The translations under genes were made by a program, and so were the position numbers. A stretch of DNA of 63,801 nt, the filler included, from Chiloscyllium plagiosum (Eukaryota), in NCBI RefSeq assembly GCF_004010195.1. It is 7 parts of one record of this genome, joined end to end, with 100 filler letters (N's around TTAATTAATTAA, not from the genome) between each part and the next. Parts side by side here need not be neighbours in the genome. Positions count along the whole stretch, not along the records: positions 1 to 20,671 come from NC_057717.1; positions 20,772 to 33,399 come from NC_057717.1; 5 more parts are not named here. One strand, 5' to 3'. This document shows, piece after piece, positions 11,132 through 24,483 of the stretch. The notes beneath the pieces are model-generated. The model saw only the letters and a list, made by a program, of their open reading frames with translations. It had not been told where the DNA came from and did not search any database. Each line of letters begins with the position of its first letter. The stretch's first letter is position 1.

Positions 11132-13827
11132 CTTAAATATCGAGAACATTGAACTCACTGTCTTCTACTCTGATCACAAACTACATTTTCTTCCTCTGGC
11201 TCCATCTCATCCCTGGACAATATATGAGGATGAAACACACGAATCGCTACTGTTGTTATCAATTGGCCATAACCTGATAATTTCTACTTCTTACAATTCA
11301 CACGTTCCCATATACGTTATGGGCTACTCCAGTCTGCTATTTGACCCTTCAGCTATGGAATATAATCTTAATGATGCCAATATTCTGACACAACTGAATC
11401 TTAATACTGACACAAGAAAATATTAGTCGATACTCCACGTTGTGTAACGGACATCACGCCAGAATTACATCTAGTTGAAAGTATAGACGCAATGTACTGT
11501 CAAAGTTTGTAATGCTCCCCATGCTGAGCAGATAGCCCAGTTTACTGAGAAGTGCGCGAGCATCGTCAGCACAGCTATCCATGGTGGGCTGTCATCTTGC
11601 CTCAGTGTTTGGTATTTGATCTGTTTATGTGAGGCAGACTAAGAATTTGATGGAACGCACCATTTCGACTGACCTGGTAATGCCTTTATTCAAACTTAAT
11701 GTGATTTGGAACCTTCAACATCTCACTCCTCAAGGAAGTCTCAATCAACGGTACCTTTTCCCTTGCGTTTTCTCGAAATTGTTCAGTCAATTGTCTGTTT
11801 CGAATTTAATCTGAATCTCCCCATTTAAGTAACGACTGCCTTTTACGCTGCATGAAAACAAGGACAGGTTATGTTTCGTAATATATTCTACCTTCCAAAC
11901 TATTTTACGTTGAATTTACCTGTTTATATCTATTATCAGATTCTCTGTCTTCTCTTGATAATTTAATTTTCTATTTATTTTGACGCCATCGTCAAACATA
12001 GTGATAATGCATCAAGTCCACTCCTCCAAATCATTGATATAAATTGCAGCACTCGACACTGTGTGACTCCCCTGGTTACGTTCAGTCAAATTGTCAAGAA
12101 TAATATATCCCAAGTGTCAGCTTCTTGATTGATATCTAGTCCTCGGCTCAAGGGTCCAGATGACCTACTCCAACGCCAGTTTCTTATGTTCTTATAGATT
12201 TCCTCACTATCCACATCTCTACTAACTTGCATGTCATCTGCAAACTTACTAATTAGTCCATCTGTATTTCCATCCAGACCAATTGTATCTATAAGAAACA
12301 GCTTGCAAAATACGACTGGCCACAGGCCCCGAGTGAGAAAAAAAACAGCCCGCACATCTATCTATGTCTTCTATGACCAAGTGAATTTTGCATCCAACTT
12401 GCCAACTCAGCATAGGCTCCATNNNNNNNNNNNNNNNNNNNNNNNNNNNNNNNNNNNNNNNNNNNGATTCTCCTGTTCCCTGGATGCTGCCTGACCTGCT
12501 GCGCTTTTCCAGCAACACATTTCCACCTCCCAAATCTTAAATATCAAGAACATTGAACTCACTGTCTTCTACTCTGATCACAAACTACATTTTCTTCCTT
12601 TGGCTCCATCTCATCCCTGGACAATATCTGAGGATGAAACACACGAATCGCTACTGTTGTTATCACATTGGCCATAACCTGATAATTTCTACTTCTTTCA
12701 ATTCACACGTCCCCATATACGTTATGGGCTAATCCCATCTGCTATTTGACCCTTCAGCTACGGAATATAACCTTAATGATGCCAATATTCTGACACAACT
12801 GAATCTCAATACTGACACAAGAAAATATTAGTCGATAATCCACGTTGTGTAACGGACATCACGCTAAAATTACATCTAGTTGAAAGTATAGACGCGATGT
12901 ACTGTGAAAGTTTGCAATGCTCCCCATGCTGAGCAGATAGCCCACTTTACTGAGAAGTGCGCGAGCATCGTCAGCACAGCTATCCATGGTGGGCTGTCAT
13001 CTTGCCTCAGTGTTTGGTATTTGATCTGTTTATGTGAGGCAGACTAAGAATTTGATGAAACGCACCATTTCGACTGACCTGGTAATGCCTTTATTCAAAC
13101 TTAATGTGATTTGGAACCTTCAACATCTCACTCCTCAAGGAAGTCTCAATCAACGGTATCTTTTCCCTTGCGTTTTCTCGAAATTGTTCAGTCAATTGAC
13201 TATTTCTAATTTAATCTGCATCTCCCCATTTAAGTAACGACTGCCTTTTACGCTGCATGAAAACAAGGACAGGTTATGTTTCGTAATATATTCTACCTTC
13301 CAAACTATTTTACGTTGAATTTACCTGTTTTTCTCTATTATCAGATTCTCTGTCTTCTCTTGATAATTTAATTTTCTATTTATTTTGACGTCATCGTCAA
13401 ACATAGTGATAATGCATCAATTCCACTCCTCCAAATCATTGATATAAATTGCAGCACTCGACACTGTGTGACTCCCCTGGTTACGTTCAGTCAAATTGTC
13501 AAGAATAATATATCCCGAGTGTCCGTTTCTTGATTGATATCTAGTCCTCGGCTCAAGGGTCCAGATGACCTACTCCAACGCCAGTTTCTTATGTTCTTAT
13601 AGATTTCCTCACTATCCACATCTCTACTAACTTGCATGTCATCTGCAAACTTACTAATTAGTCCATCTGTATTTCCATCCAGACCAATTGTATCTATAAC
13701 AAACAGCTTGCAAAATACGACTGGCCACAGGCCCCGAGTGAGAAAAAACACAGCCCGCACAACTATCTATGTCTTCTATGACCAAGTGAATTTTGCATCC
13801 AACTTGCCAACTCAGCATAGGCTCCAT
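11121..13827 (+). repeat. ~1.3-kb direct duplication (11121-12422 and 12525-13827)
   Basis: Offset 1404-1405 bp, scattered substitutions; copies separated by an N gap and a family A PLE fragment (12467-12524). Confidence 0.9.
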
Positions 13828-14000
13828 GTAACTGAAGCTTCTGAGCAAGTCTACTATGAGGTACGTTTTAACATACTTTAGTATCTCCATGTCGACAACA
13901 TACACGGCCGTACCACTGTCAATCACCATCGTCACTTCCTCAAAGAACTCAATCAAGTGTGTGAGACTGCTTCACATAAAGTCATGCTGGCTAACTGTAA
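13595..14000 (-). mobile_element. CR1 RT fragment (partial duplicate at 12190-12422)
   Basis: IEFFEEVTMVIDSGTAVYVVDM and GLISKFADD motifs. Confidence 0.7.
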
Positions 14001-14888
14001 TAAGGCAGTTAGGAGTTATAATGGAGAGACATGAAAATAAAAGTGCTGCCATAATCAGATCGACCATGATCCTATCAAATGATGCAGCAAGCTGAGGGAT
14101 GGAATAGCCTACTCCGAATTCATACAGAAACAAATTTTCCTGATTTTAATAATAGGTGTACGATTCTTAGTATACACTGTGCGAATCTATAGCCCCATAT
14201 ACAACATAATACAGAGAACAGAGAACAGACTGCGCAGTACAGGCAGTTCTGCCGTCGATGTTGTGCCGTCAGGAGGAACCAATCTGAAGCCCATCTATTC
14301 TCTACAATTCTGTTTCCATCCATATATTTATCGAATGAAGACTTAAATGTTCTTAAAGTTGACGAGCCTTCTGCTATTGCAGGCCGTGCATTCCACGCTC
14401 TGACGACTCCGTGAGTAAAGAAACAACCTCTGACATGTGTATTGAATCTATCACCACCCAATGTAAAGCTATATCCTCTCACTATCCGAGCAAAATGGCT
14501 CTCACTATCTACCTATCTACACGTTTGATTATCTTATACGTATCATTTAAGACACCTCTCGACCTTCTTCTCTCTAACGAAAATGGCGTCAAGTCCCAAG
14601 TCCTTTCCTCAAAAGACCGTTGTCGTAAACCTCCTCTGAACCCTTTCCAAAGCTGCCAAAACATTCCGATGATGTGGTTACCAGAACTGTAGGCAATACT
14701 CTAAATGTGGCTGCACCAGAGCCACTCAATGCCTCTATCAATAAAAGCTAACGCATGGAATGCCTTCTGCACATCCTGATCAAGCTGGTGGCAAATATAT
14801 TAGGGAGATATGTATTTAGACACCGAGACATGCCTGCTAATCCACACTGACAAGAATGTTACCATGAGTGCAGTACTCTTTATTCCTG

Positions 14889-15540
14889 ATTTGGAGATGC
14901 CGGTGTTGGACTGGGGTGAACAAAGTTAAAAATCACTCAACACCAGGTTATAGTCCCACAGGTTAAATTGGAAGCACACTAGCTTTCGGAGCGACGCTCC
15001 TTCATCAGCTGATGGTGGAGGGCTCAACTCTAACACAGATTTTATAGCAAAAAATTACATTGTGATGGAACTGAAATTATACATTGAGAAATTGCTTGTC
15101 TGTTCAGCCTTTCATCTTTTAGAATACTGTGATAGTGTCTCTTCTTTCATGGGTAAATCAGAAAACTTGTTGCATTTTCGGGTTAGCTGTTTACGATGGT
15201 GATAGCTGGACAATATGTTGAAGGCGTTGACCCCCTGTGTTCTCTGTCTGTGCCATGATGTTTAGATTGAATCTAATCTAAAAAGTCAGATAACTCCGGG
15301 TTTGTGATTTACACATGAAAGAAGTGAAACTGTCACTCTATTCTAACAGATGAAATCTTAACAGACAATCAACTTTTCAATGTATAATTTCAATTACATC
15401 ACACTGTAAATCATTGCTATAAATTCCGTGTGAGGATTGAGCCCTCCACTATAACCTGATGAAGGAGCGTCGCTCCGCAAGCTAGTGTCCTTCCAGTTAA
15501 ACCTGTTGGACTATAACCTGGTGTTGTGTGATTTTTAACT
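14889..15540. mobile_element. Palindromic PLE-type insertion (family B) with two hammerhead motifs
   Basis: Inverted arms; HHR CUGAUGA-A-GGAGC guc GCUCC-GAAAGCUA on minus at ~14977-15011 and a mutated copy on plus at ~15453-15487; imperfect TSD actctttattcctg / actcttatttcgtg. Confidence 0.75.
14977..15011 (-). ncRNA. Minimal type I hammerhead ribozyme motif (family B)
   Basis: CUGAUGA-A-GGAGC-GUC-GCUCC-GAAAGCUA-gug; palindromic AGCU stem III; stem I imperfect in this copy. Confidence 0.6.
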
Positions 15541-16394
15541 CTTATTTCGTGTTGTTCCTTTCAAAGTGAATTACCTTACACTCTTCTACATTAAACTCCA
15601 TTTTCCACCACTTAGCCCAGATCTGCCAGTTATCTATGTCCCTCTATAATCTGCAACACTCTTCAGTACTACCCACAATTCCACCGACCTTCGTGTCATC
15701 CACAACTTTAATACTCATCTTTCTACGCCGTCAGTTAGGTCATTTAAAAAATGACAAACAGCAGTTGCCTCAAAACGGATCCTTGCGTTACACCACTAGC
15801 AACGAAACTCCAGAATGATCATGTCCTATCAACCACCATCCTCTGTCTTCTTTCAGCTAGCCATTTAATGATCCAAACCGCTAAATCAACCTTAATCCTA
15901 TGCTGCATTATTTGGTGAAATAGCCTACCGTGCAGAGCCTTAACAATCGTCTAACTGAAATCCATATACATCACAACAACCGCATTACCCTCATTCACCT
16001 GGTTGGTCAGCATGGAAATGAACTCAGTCAGGTTTGTAAGGCAAAAGTACCTTTCACTAAACCGTGCTGACTATCCCTCGTCAATTTGTGCCTCTCTAGG
16101 TTATGATAAATCCTATCTCTCAGAGCTTTTTCTAAAACTGTATCGACAACCGAAATATTGCTCACTGGTCTATAAATAACAGAGTTATCTCCACTCCCCT
16201 TCTTCAACAAGGAAACAACATTTGTTATCCTCTATTCTTCTGTGAATATTCCATCAGACAATGGTGATGTATAAATATCAAACCCGAAGGGTCTGCAATC
16301 TCCTACCTGACTTCATTGTGTTTGCTGAGCTAAATCTAATATGGCCAGGGGATTTATTTATTTTCAAACTTCCCAGAATTGCTAACATCTCTTC

Positions 16395-17423
16395 TTGGGA
16401 ACGAGGTTGTTTTTCAGACTGGAGGCCTTTGACCAGTGGAGTGCCACGAAGATCGATGCTGGGTCCATTAGTTTTTGTCATTTATGTAAATGATTTGTTT
16501 GCGATCATAACAGATCGAGTTTGCTGATGACACCAAAATTGGAGTTGTAGTGGACAGCGAAGAAGGTTATTTCGGATTACCTTAGTATCTTGATCGGATG
16601 GGCCTGTCGCCTGAGAAGTATAAGATGGAGTTTAATTCAGATAAGTGCATTTTGGGAAACCACATTTTAGCAGGACCTATACACTTAATGGTAATTTCTT
16701 AGGGAGTGCTGCTGAACAGAGAGACCTTGGAGTGAAGGTTCATAGCTCTTTGAAAGTGGACTCTCTATTGATAAGATAGTGAAGAAGGCGTTTGCTATGC
16801 TTTCCTTCATCATTCAGAATATTGAGCACAGGAGATGCGAGGTACTCTTACGGCTGTACAGGACATTGGTTAGACCACTGTTGGAATATCTGTTCTCACT
16901 CCTATCGGATAGATGCGTGAAACTTGAAAGTGTTCAGAAAATATTTACAAGGGTATTGGCATGGTTGGAGGATTTGAGCTGCAGGGCGATGCTGAAAAGG
17001 ATGCGGCTCTTTTCCTTGGAGCGTCGGAGGCTGAGGGGTGATATTATAGAGGTTTACAAACGTATGATGGGCATAGATAGGATAAATAAACAAAGTCTTT
17101 TCCCTGGGATGGCGGAGTCCAGAACTAGATATCATAGGTTGACGGTGAGAGGGAAAAGATATAAAAGAAACCTAAGGGGCAACTTTTTTAACGCAGAGGG
17201 TGGTACATATATGGAATGAGCTCCCAGAAGAAGTCGTGGAGGCTAATAAAATTGCAACATTTAAAAGGCATTTCGATGGGTATTTGAATCGGAAGGATGT
17301 AGAAGAATATGAGCCAAGTGCTGGGAGGTGGAAGTAGATTGGGTTGGGATATCTGTTTGGCGTGGACGGGTTGGACCGAATAGTCGGTTTCCAAGCTGTA
17401 CACCTCTGTGACTTTGACTCTAT
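16395..17423 (+). mobile_element. 5'-truncated CR1 LINE (RT C-terminus to 3' tail)
   Basis: SDWRPLTSGVPRRSMLGP, LYRTLVRPLLEY, LFSLERRRLRGDIIEVYK; ends ctgtacacctctgtgactttgactctatg. Confidence 0.85.
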
Positions 17424-19964
17424 GCCAGCAGTAGCCGGTATCTCAGTATTCTCCTCGAAAACATTGTATCTTTCAAGTGTGAATACTCACGAAAAACATT
17501 CATTTCACACTTCCACATCTCCTCAAACTCCACGGACAACTTGTAACTATTATCCTTGATTGGCCCTAATATTTCTGAATGCTTTCTTTTATTCTTGATT
17601 TACCGATAGAAAGCTTTCGGGTTTTCTTTGTTACCACCTGCCAGTGAGTTCTTCATGTCCCCTCCTGGCTCTTCTTATCATTCTCTTTTCTGGCAAACGT
17701 GCAACTCTCAAACGCGATAACTGAACCTTCATGATTCATACTTACATAACCCTCCTTATTCCCATTGACAAGATATTCAAGTTCTTTACGGAACCATGGC
17801 TCCCTCGTTCCAACACTTCCTCTCCGCCAAACCGGTACATATTTATGAAGGACACGCAGTCGCTGTTCGGTGAATAATTTCCACATTTCAAACGTGCCAA
17901 TCTACTGCTGTTTCCTTCCCCATCCTATGGATCCCAAATCATACCTAAAACATCCCATGGTTGCATTTCCAAAGCATTAACTCTTCCCCTACATTGTATA
18001 TCTATCCCTTTTCATCGTTAATGTAAACATAATCAAAGTGCTCACCTACCTCCAAATCTAACACCTGGCCATGATCATTGCCCATTACAAAATCCAATGT
18101 GGCAGCGTCCCTTGTTGGCTTTTCTACATAGTATGTCAAGAAAACATCTTGCAGACATTGGGCAAACACTGATTCATCTATAATACTAGAACTATCGTGT
18201 TTCCAGTCAATATTTGGAAAGTCAAATCTTCCCGTAACAACTCCATTGTTGCTCTCACTCCTATCCAGAATTGTCTTTCCTGTCCTTTCTACTACCTCTC
18301 TGGAACTATTCTGAGCCCTGTACATAACTCCCAGCAGGGTGAACTCTCCTTTCCTGTTTCCAAACTCATCCGATGGTGCCTCAGTAGACGAGTGTTCAAA
18401 CATCCGTACTTATACCGTAATACTGTCCTTGACTAACAATGCCAACTCCCCATCCTTTACCACCTTCTCTGTTCTTACTGAAAAATCTTAATCCTAGAAC
18501 CTGAAACAACCATTTCGGTCTCTGTTCTATCGATGTCTCCGAAATGGCCACAACATCAAAGTCCCAGACACCAATCCATGCTACAAGCTCAACCACCTTA
18601 TTTCAGATGTTCCTGGCATTAACATAAATACACTTCAGAACCACCTTCCTGCTTGTCCATGAACTCTTACGACCTTGAAACCAAAATTCTGACCTCACTA
18701 CTCTGAACGTCCTGAACACAGGAACTATAAATTGTGCCCACCGCCCCCTGCTGAATTAACTGAAACCATACCAAATAGCATTTGCAAACATTCCCATCTC
18801 AGGAAATTGGTACCCCTCTGGTTCAGGTGTAGACCATTCTATTTGAAAAGTTTCCACTGATGCCAGAATGAGTCCTACTTATTTAGGTGTCCGAACCCCT
18901 CTCTGATCTTACTGCTACTCAGCTTCCACACTAGCTCCCTGGATTTCCGCCATAAATCCCCATCCCTTTCCTATCTATGTCGATAGTTCCTCTGTGGACC
19001 ACAACTTGGGGCTTGTCCCCTTCAACCTAAAGAATCCCAACACAAGATCCAGGAATTCACTAACCCTGAAACCTGGCAGGCAATGCAAAAAGCTGAGACT
19101 GTCTCGTTCCCACAGTACCTCCTATCTGTCCGCCTAACTGCGGAGTCCCCAATTAGCAATGGTCTGCTTTACTTCACCCTTCAATTCTGAGCAACAGGGA
19201 TAGACTCTGTATCCCATTTCTTACCCCTCATAATTCGTACCGCCCTAGCCGTATCCACAACAGTATTGAACTAAGAAAATCGCAAGAATAGATTCTGATT
19301 TCATTCAACATTTGATAAATATGGCTGAAATGCTTTGGCTATTCGCTCGGCAATACAAGCTAACTCTCAGGTTAATCAGTGGGCTCCTCGTAGACAATGA
19401 AGAACAGAACAACCGCAGAATGAATTAGTGCCAGTTGTTCAGTTAAAAAAAATGCATCTGGTCCACAGATGTGAGCACAGTGATCTGTTATCCAGAGAAT
19501 ATGAACACATGCCTCATGCGCACACAAACTCGGGATGTACTGAGAATAACCCCCATTTGCTGTGAGAGGTGCAGGAGTAGGACTGAACTGGCTTTGGAGC
19601 GATCTGGCACAAATGTGATGGGATGAATGACGTCCACAGTTTTTGCAACCACTCAAAGATTGTGTGATAAGCCCACGAAAATGTTTTGCTTAACTAGTTC
19701 GCAGATCATGAGAGCTGCCTGCCAATGTCTAAGGCTTTGGCTATCGGTGACTACAAATGCAGGCCATCACTAACTGTGAGTCCTTTAATTGAAAATTTTT
19801 TTTAATTAAAACGTATAACAGTCTTCTGGAATCAGGTGGCATTTGAACCATGATCATCTTCCCAGCTGAGTGACACTTCTACTCTTCTCAAGTGCTCACT
19901 CCATCTTGTTCTAAGATTGGTTAAATCTGCAATAAGATGTGATGTGTGTGGCTTTCTGCACCTC

Positions 19965-20671
19965 AGATATCACAGCTGAAACTTTATTGCTGGAACAGCA
20001 CAGCAGGTCAGGCAGCATCGAGGGAACAGAAGATTCGACGTTTCGGGCACATGCCCTTCTTCAGGAATGAGCAGAGAGTGTTCAGCAGGAGAAGATAAAA
20101 GGTAGGGAGGAGGGACTTGGAGGAGGGGTTTTGGAAATGTGATAGGTGGAAAGAGGTCAAGGTGAGGGTGATAGGTCGGAGTAGGGTGGAGGCGGAGAGG
20201 TCAAGAAGAAGACTGCAAGTCAGGAAGGCGGTGCCGGGCTGGAGGGATTCGGCTGAGACAAGGGGGGGGGAGGGGGGATGAAGAAACTGGTGAAGTCCAA
20301 GTTCATCCCCTATGGTTGGAGGGTTCCCAGTCGGAAGATAAGACACTCCTCCTCCGACCGTCGCGTTGTTGTGGTTTGGCGGTGGATGAGCCCAATGACC
20401 TGCATATCCTCGGTGGAATGGGAGGGGGAGTTGAAATGCTGTGCCACAGGTTGGTGGGGTTGGTTCGTCCGGGTGGCCCAGAAGTGCTCTCTGAATCGCT
20501 CCGCAAGTAGGCGGCCTGTCTCCCCAATATAGAGGAGGCCACACCGGCTGCAGCGGATGCAGTAGATAATGTGGGTGGAGGGGCAGGTGAATCTGTGGCG
20601 GATATGGAAGTTTCCTTTGGGGCCTTGGAGAGAAGTGAGGGGGGAGGTGGGGGCGCAAGTGTTGCACCCCC
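19965..20671 (-). mobile_element. Penelope-like element (Neptune-type) GIY-YIG endonuclease and 3' pLTR (family A)
   Basis: Minus strand reads CNTC..FTCPSTHIIYCIRCSRCGLLYIGETGRLLAERFREH..PVAQHFN..; followed by a family A terminus with hammerhead; cut by a gap. Confidence 0.85.
20033..20068 (-). ncRNA. Minimal type I hammerhead ribozyme motif (best-paired copy)
   Basis: auuc-CUGAAGA-A-GGGC augu GCCC-GAAACGUC-gaau: perfect 4-bp stem I auuc/gaau, GUC cleavage triplet. Confidence 0.8.
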
Positions 20672-20771
20672 NNNNNNNNNNNNNNNNNNNNNNNNNNNNN
20701 NNNNNNNNNNNNNNNTTAATTAATTAANNNNNNNNNNNNNNNNNNNNNNNNNNNNNNNNNNNNNNNNNNNN

Positions 20772-21885
20772 CATCGCAGCACATGACAGGCTTTTCAACC
20801 CTCGATGTTGCCCCGACCTGTGAAACCAATCTGAAGTCGTTTTATCCTGAACTATTCCACTTTCATCCGAGTGTTTATCCAATGATTATTTAAATGCCCA
20901 TTAACTTGCCGAGTCTATTAATGTTACGAGCGGGGCATTCCACGCCCTGAGTGTCTATGAGTGACGAAACTACCTCTGATATCAGACCTATATCAATGAG
21001 CCCAAAATTTAAATTTATGCCACATCGTGCTGGCCATCACCATCCGAGGGAGAAAGCTGTCAGTGTGCAACTTGTCTAAACCTCTAATAGTCTTACATGT
21101 TTCAATTAAGTCACATATCAACCTTATTCTCTCGAACGGAAACAGCCTCAAGTCCCTCAGCCTTTCCTCGTCAGAACATCTTTCCATACTCAGCAACATC
21201 CTGGTAAATCTGCTGTGAGTCCTTTTCAAAGTTCCCTCGTCTTTACTGTAATGCAGTTACGAGAACTGCGCGCAATACTCCAAGTATGACTGCACCAGAA
21301 TTTTGTACAGCTGAAACTTAACCTCGTAGCTATGACCACCAATCCCTTTACCAAAAATGCCAATACTACATGTGCCTTCTTAACAGCCATATCAACCTGA
21401 GTGGTAATGTTCAGAGATCTATGCATATGGACACCAAGATTTCTCTGTTCATCTGCACTGTCAAGAATTTCCTCCAGCCCACCACTCTGTATTTCTGTTG
21501 CTCTTTCCGAAGTGAATCACTTCATACTTATCCACAGTAAGCTCCATTTTCCACCTCTCATCCTAGCTCTGTAGCTTGTCTATGTCGCATTGTAACCTGC
21601 AACATCGTTCGTCACTGTCCACAAATCCACCAACATTAGTGTCATTCATAATTTTCCTTACCCATTCTACTCCGCCCTCATCCAGATCCTGTTTAAAGAT
21701 GACACTGCAGTGGCCGAAACAGATACTTTCATTACACTACTGGTAACTGTACTCAGGATATACATCTCCCATCAACCACAACCCTCTGTCTTCTGTCAGC
21801 TAGCTGATTTCTGATCCCCACACCAAATCACGCTCGATCCCATGCCTCTTATTTTTTTGTGCAATAGCTTCCGATGCGGAATTAA
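20772..21885 (-). mobile_element. CR1 LINE RT/3' fragment
   Basis: RFTRML..EERLRDLRLFPFERIRLICDLIETCK and VDMAVKKAHVVLAF motifs. Confidence 0.8.
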
Positions 21886-22217
21886 AACCAAACTTGAATG
21901 ATCAAAACATCCCAACAAAATGCAATGGTACAGGCTTGACCCTCTCAAAGTATTTTCAGAAGGTGACTCTGACTCTTTTTTGTATAATGGTTGATGTGAA
22001 GTGAGTGTTCCCCATGTGATACAAGTCATCAAAGCACTGGACTTTCAGGGAAAAAAAAAAACAGTAATTTCAGGACAACAGTTGCAGCCCCAACGAATGA
22101 AAACGTAATTTTGAATAACATAACTGTTGAAATACTGCACCAATCCGCTCCAATAGCTGTTAGTAATTAACTGTTCCAATACTGTAACAGCAAATGAATA
22201 TATCCATGGCAAAAACA

Positions 22218-23575
22218 AATCAAACACAGGCATTTACAGACGGAAGGAAACAACTTCAAAGACATAACCTTCAATATAAATTCAGAAAAGTCTTTTAAAG
22301 AAGCTGGCGACTTCCCTGCACTCCACCAACTTCCCTGCACTCCACCAACTTGTGTCTGCTGCAGCGAAAATAAAGTCGAAAAAAAGGGCATGAACTGAGA
22401 GCACAGGCCATTCCTTTTCCAGCTTTAAACGGAAAAGTAATGCATGAAAATAAAACTGTTGGTCTTTCACCTGTTGTGTTCGTCCAACAACGATACCTCC
22501 AAATCATTATTAAAATCGACACTGCAGCAGCTATGCCTTTATGACCTCTTCATATAAAAAAGACAGAATATCATTTATAAAGTACCAGCATTGTCACAAG
22601 CACAATACGTTTTTTTTCTGATCCTACTTCTCTCGCAAAGGTATTGATGTTGAATTCCACCGCATATTCTCTATCATTAGACAGTTGCTTAAATATCGTA
22701 GAAACTATGCATATCGTCAGTAAGGAATATGGTATTTATTCAGTGTTCTTTGTCTCATCCCAGGCGTTCAGATGAGCTAGAGTAAATTTCCAACTGGTCT
22801 GGAATGAGTTACAGGATAAGAGGATTGCATTCTTCACATGTGATACATGAAAAAATATCCAATGTGGTAAGTCAATCTCTTCGTGTGCATTTTCCTCTAT
22901 TCGCCAATCAAACACAGACATTTACAGACGGAAGGAAACAACTTCAAAGACATAACCTTCAATATAAATTCAGAAAAGTGTTTTAAAGAAGCTGGCGACT
23001 TCCCTGCACTCCACCAACTTGTGTCTGCTGCAGCTAAAATAAAGTCGAAAAAAGGGCATGAAATGAGAGCACTGGCCATTCCTTTTCCAGCTTTAAACGG
23101 AAAAGTAATGCATGAAAATAAAACTGTTGGACTGTAACCTGGTGTGTTAGTCCAACAACGATACCTCCAAATCATTATTAAAATCGACACTGCGGCAGCT
23201 ATGCCTTTATGACCTCTTCATATAAAAAAGACAGAATATCATTTATAAAGTACCAGCATTGTCACAAGCAAAATACGTTTGTTTTTCTGATCCTACGTCT
23301 CTCGCAAAGGTATTGATGTTGAATTCCATCCGCATATTCTCTATGGTTCGACAGTTGCTTAAATATCGTAGAAACTATGCATGTCGTCAGTAAGGAATAT
23401 GGTATTTATTCAGTGTTCTTTGTCTAATGCCCGGCGTTCAGATGAGCTAGAGTAAATTTCCAACTGGTCTGGAATGAGTTACTGGATAAGAGGATTGCAT
23501 TCTTCACATGTGATACATGAAAAAATATCCAACGTGGTAAGTCAATCTCTTCGTGTGCATTTTCCTCTATTCGCC
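22218..23575 (+). repeat. Head-to-tail tandem duplication of ~680 bp (22218-22905, 22906-23575)
   Basis: Highly similar copies with no gap between them; copy 1 has an extra 19-bp internal duplication cttccctgcactccaccaa. Confidence 0.92.
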
Positions 23576-24023
23576 ACGAAGTATGCAATTTCAGAAACTG
23601 GACAAATATTCGAATTTGATGAGCTACGATATGCGTAAGGTTTCCACACTTAGCAGCGAGGAAGCACGGGGTACAATTGCTAAACGTATTAATAACAAAA
23701 ATAGTCAGGAGGCAGTGTTATTCTTCACAAAATTCGTCTGTCTAAATTCTGAAATAAGGTGATGTACATGACATCTGGCGTCCAATGCATAGAGAGCACA
23801 ACGAAAGTGAAGTCGAGAATGTCAGGGCCAGATCTTATTTTGTTTCATTGTGTTATGCAAAACAAAAACATTCTAAATGAGCAGAACTAATGGAAGTGAT
23901 GATTTGACATAATCGACTCAATGGAGGTCTGATGTGTGCATAAATACAGCTTAGCATTACCATGTGTTGGTCAAATGGCAGCCAGAGACCTTCAACAACT
24001 ACAACAGTCATTCGTTTTCAGAA

Positions 24024-24093
24024 ATGAGGAAACCACCGATTTTGCTGTTGCAAGAGATTTACTATCCACTTCTTGCAGCTGCTGGTCTTCTAG
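24024..24093 (+). CDS. GPR139-like class A GPCR, coding exon 1
   Basis: ATG 24024; MRKPPILLLQEIYYPLLAAAGLL then G|GTAAGC donor, phase 1; cataaata at 23939. Confidence 0.8.
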
Positions 24094-24483
24094 GTAAGCC
24101 ATTGATCGTTTTTCTATCTGGTTTATTTTACTTTACCAGCGTAAACGTTGAATACTCTATTTTTTCCACTGTCAGTTTTCACAGAAGATTATCAAACCAG
24201 TGATTGAACATTTTCGGCTTCTGCATTTTAAATGGGAGCATAACTCGTGTCGTAACAATTGCCACCAATGTGCCGCCTGCAAGGAGTTGTGTCGTCCTTT
24301 AGACAGTCTGGTAATACCGAACAAAATGATGACTACAACAACATATTAAACCTTTGTGTAAATGCCATGTTTTGTAAATCACTCAGAATGTGTTCACATC
24401 CTCTTAATAAATATTTACACCTCTATTTCAATCATGCTTTGCAATATTGCTGACTCTGTCTCTTATATTTGTCTTTATTACAG

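Larger units (their letters stand above)
14210..19265 (-). mobile_element. Near full-length decayed CR1 LINE (ORF1 remnant, APE endonuclease, RT, 3' end), interrupted by two insertions
   Basis: Minus-strand pieces in order: WDFDVVAISET (EN), TLLGVMYR..FDFPNIDW..PTRDAATLDFVM, REPWF, YRPVS..DSQHGLVKG, FFTHGVVRAWNA; interrupted at 14889-15540 and 16395-17423. Confidence 0.8.

Noticed and set aside
20008..20667. 219-aa Pro-rich ORF
   Set aside because: Off-frame reading of the PLE; the GIY-YIG endonuclease is in another minus-strand frame
20716..20727. TTAATTAATTAA islands inside N runs (also 33444, 41858, 51411, 56495, 62271)
   Set aside because: Identical 12-mer centred in 100-bp N blocks with stops in all frames: an artificial scaffolding spacer, not biology. 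It also means adjacency across these joins is uncertain.
24447..24483. ORF-track start of the 318-aa GPCR
   Set aside because: Starts at TTG inside the intron's branch/polypyrimidine region; the real N-terminus comes from spliced exon 24024-24093
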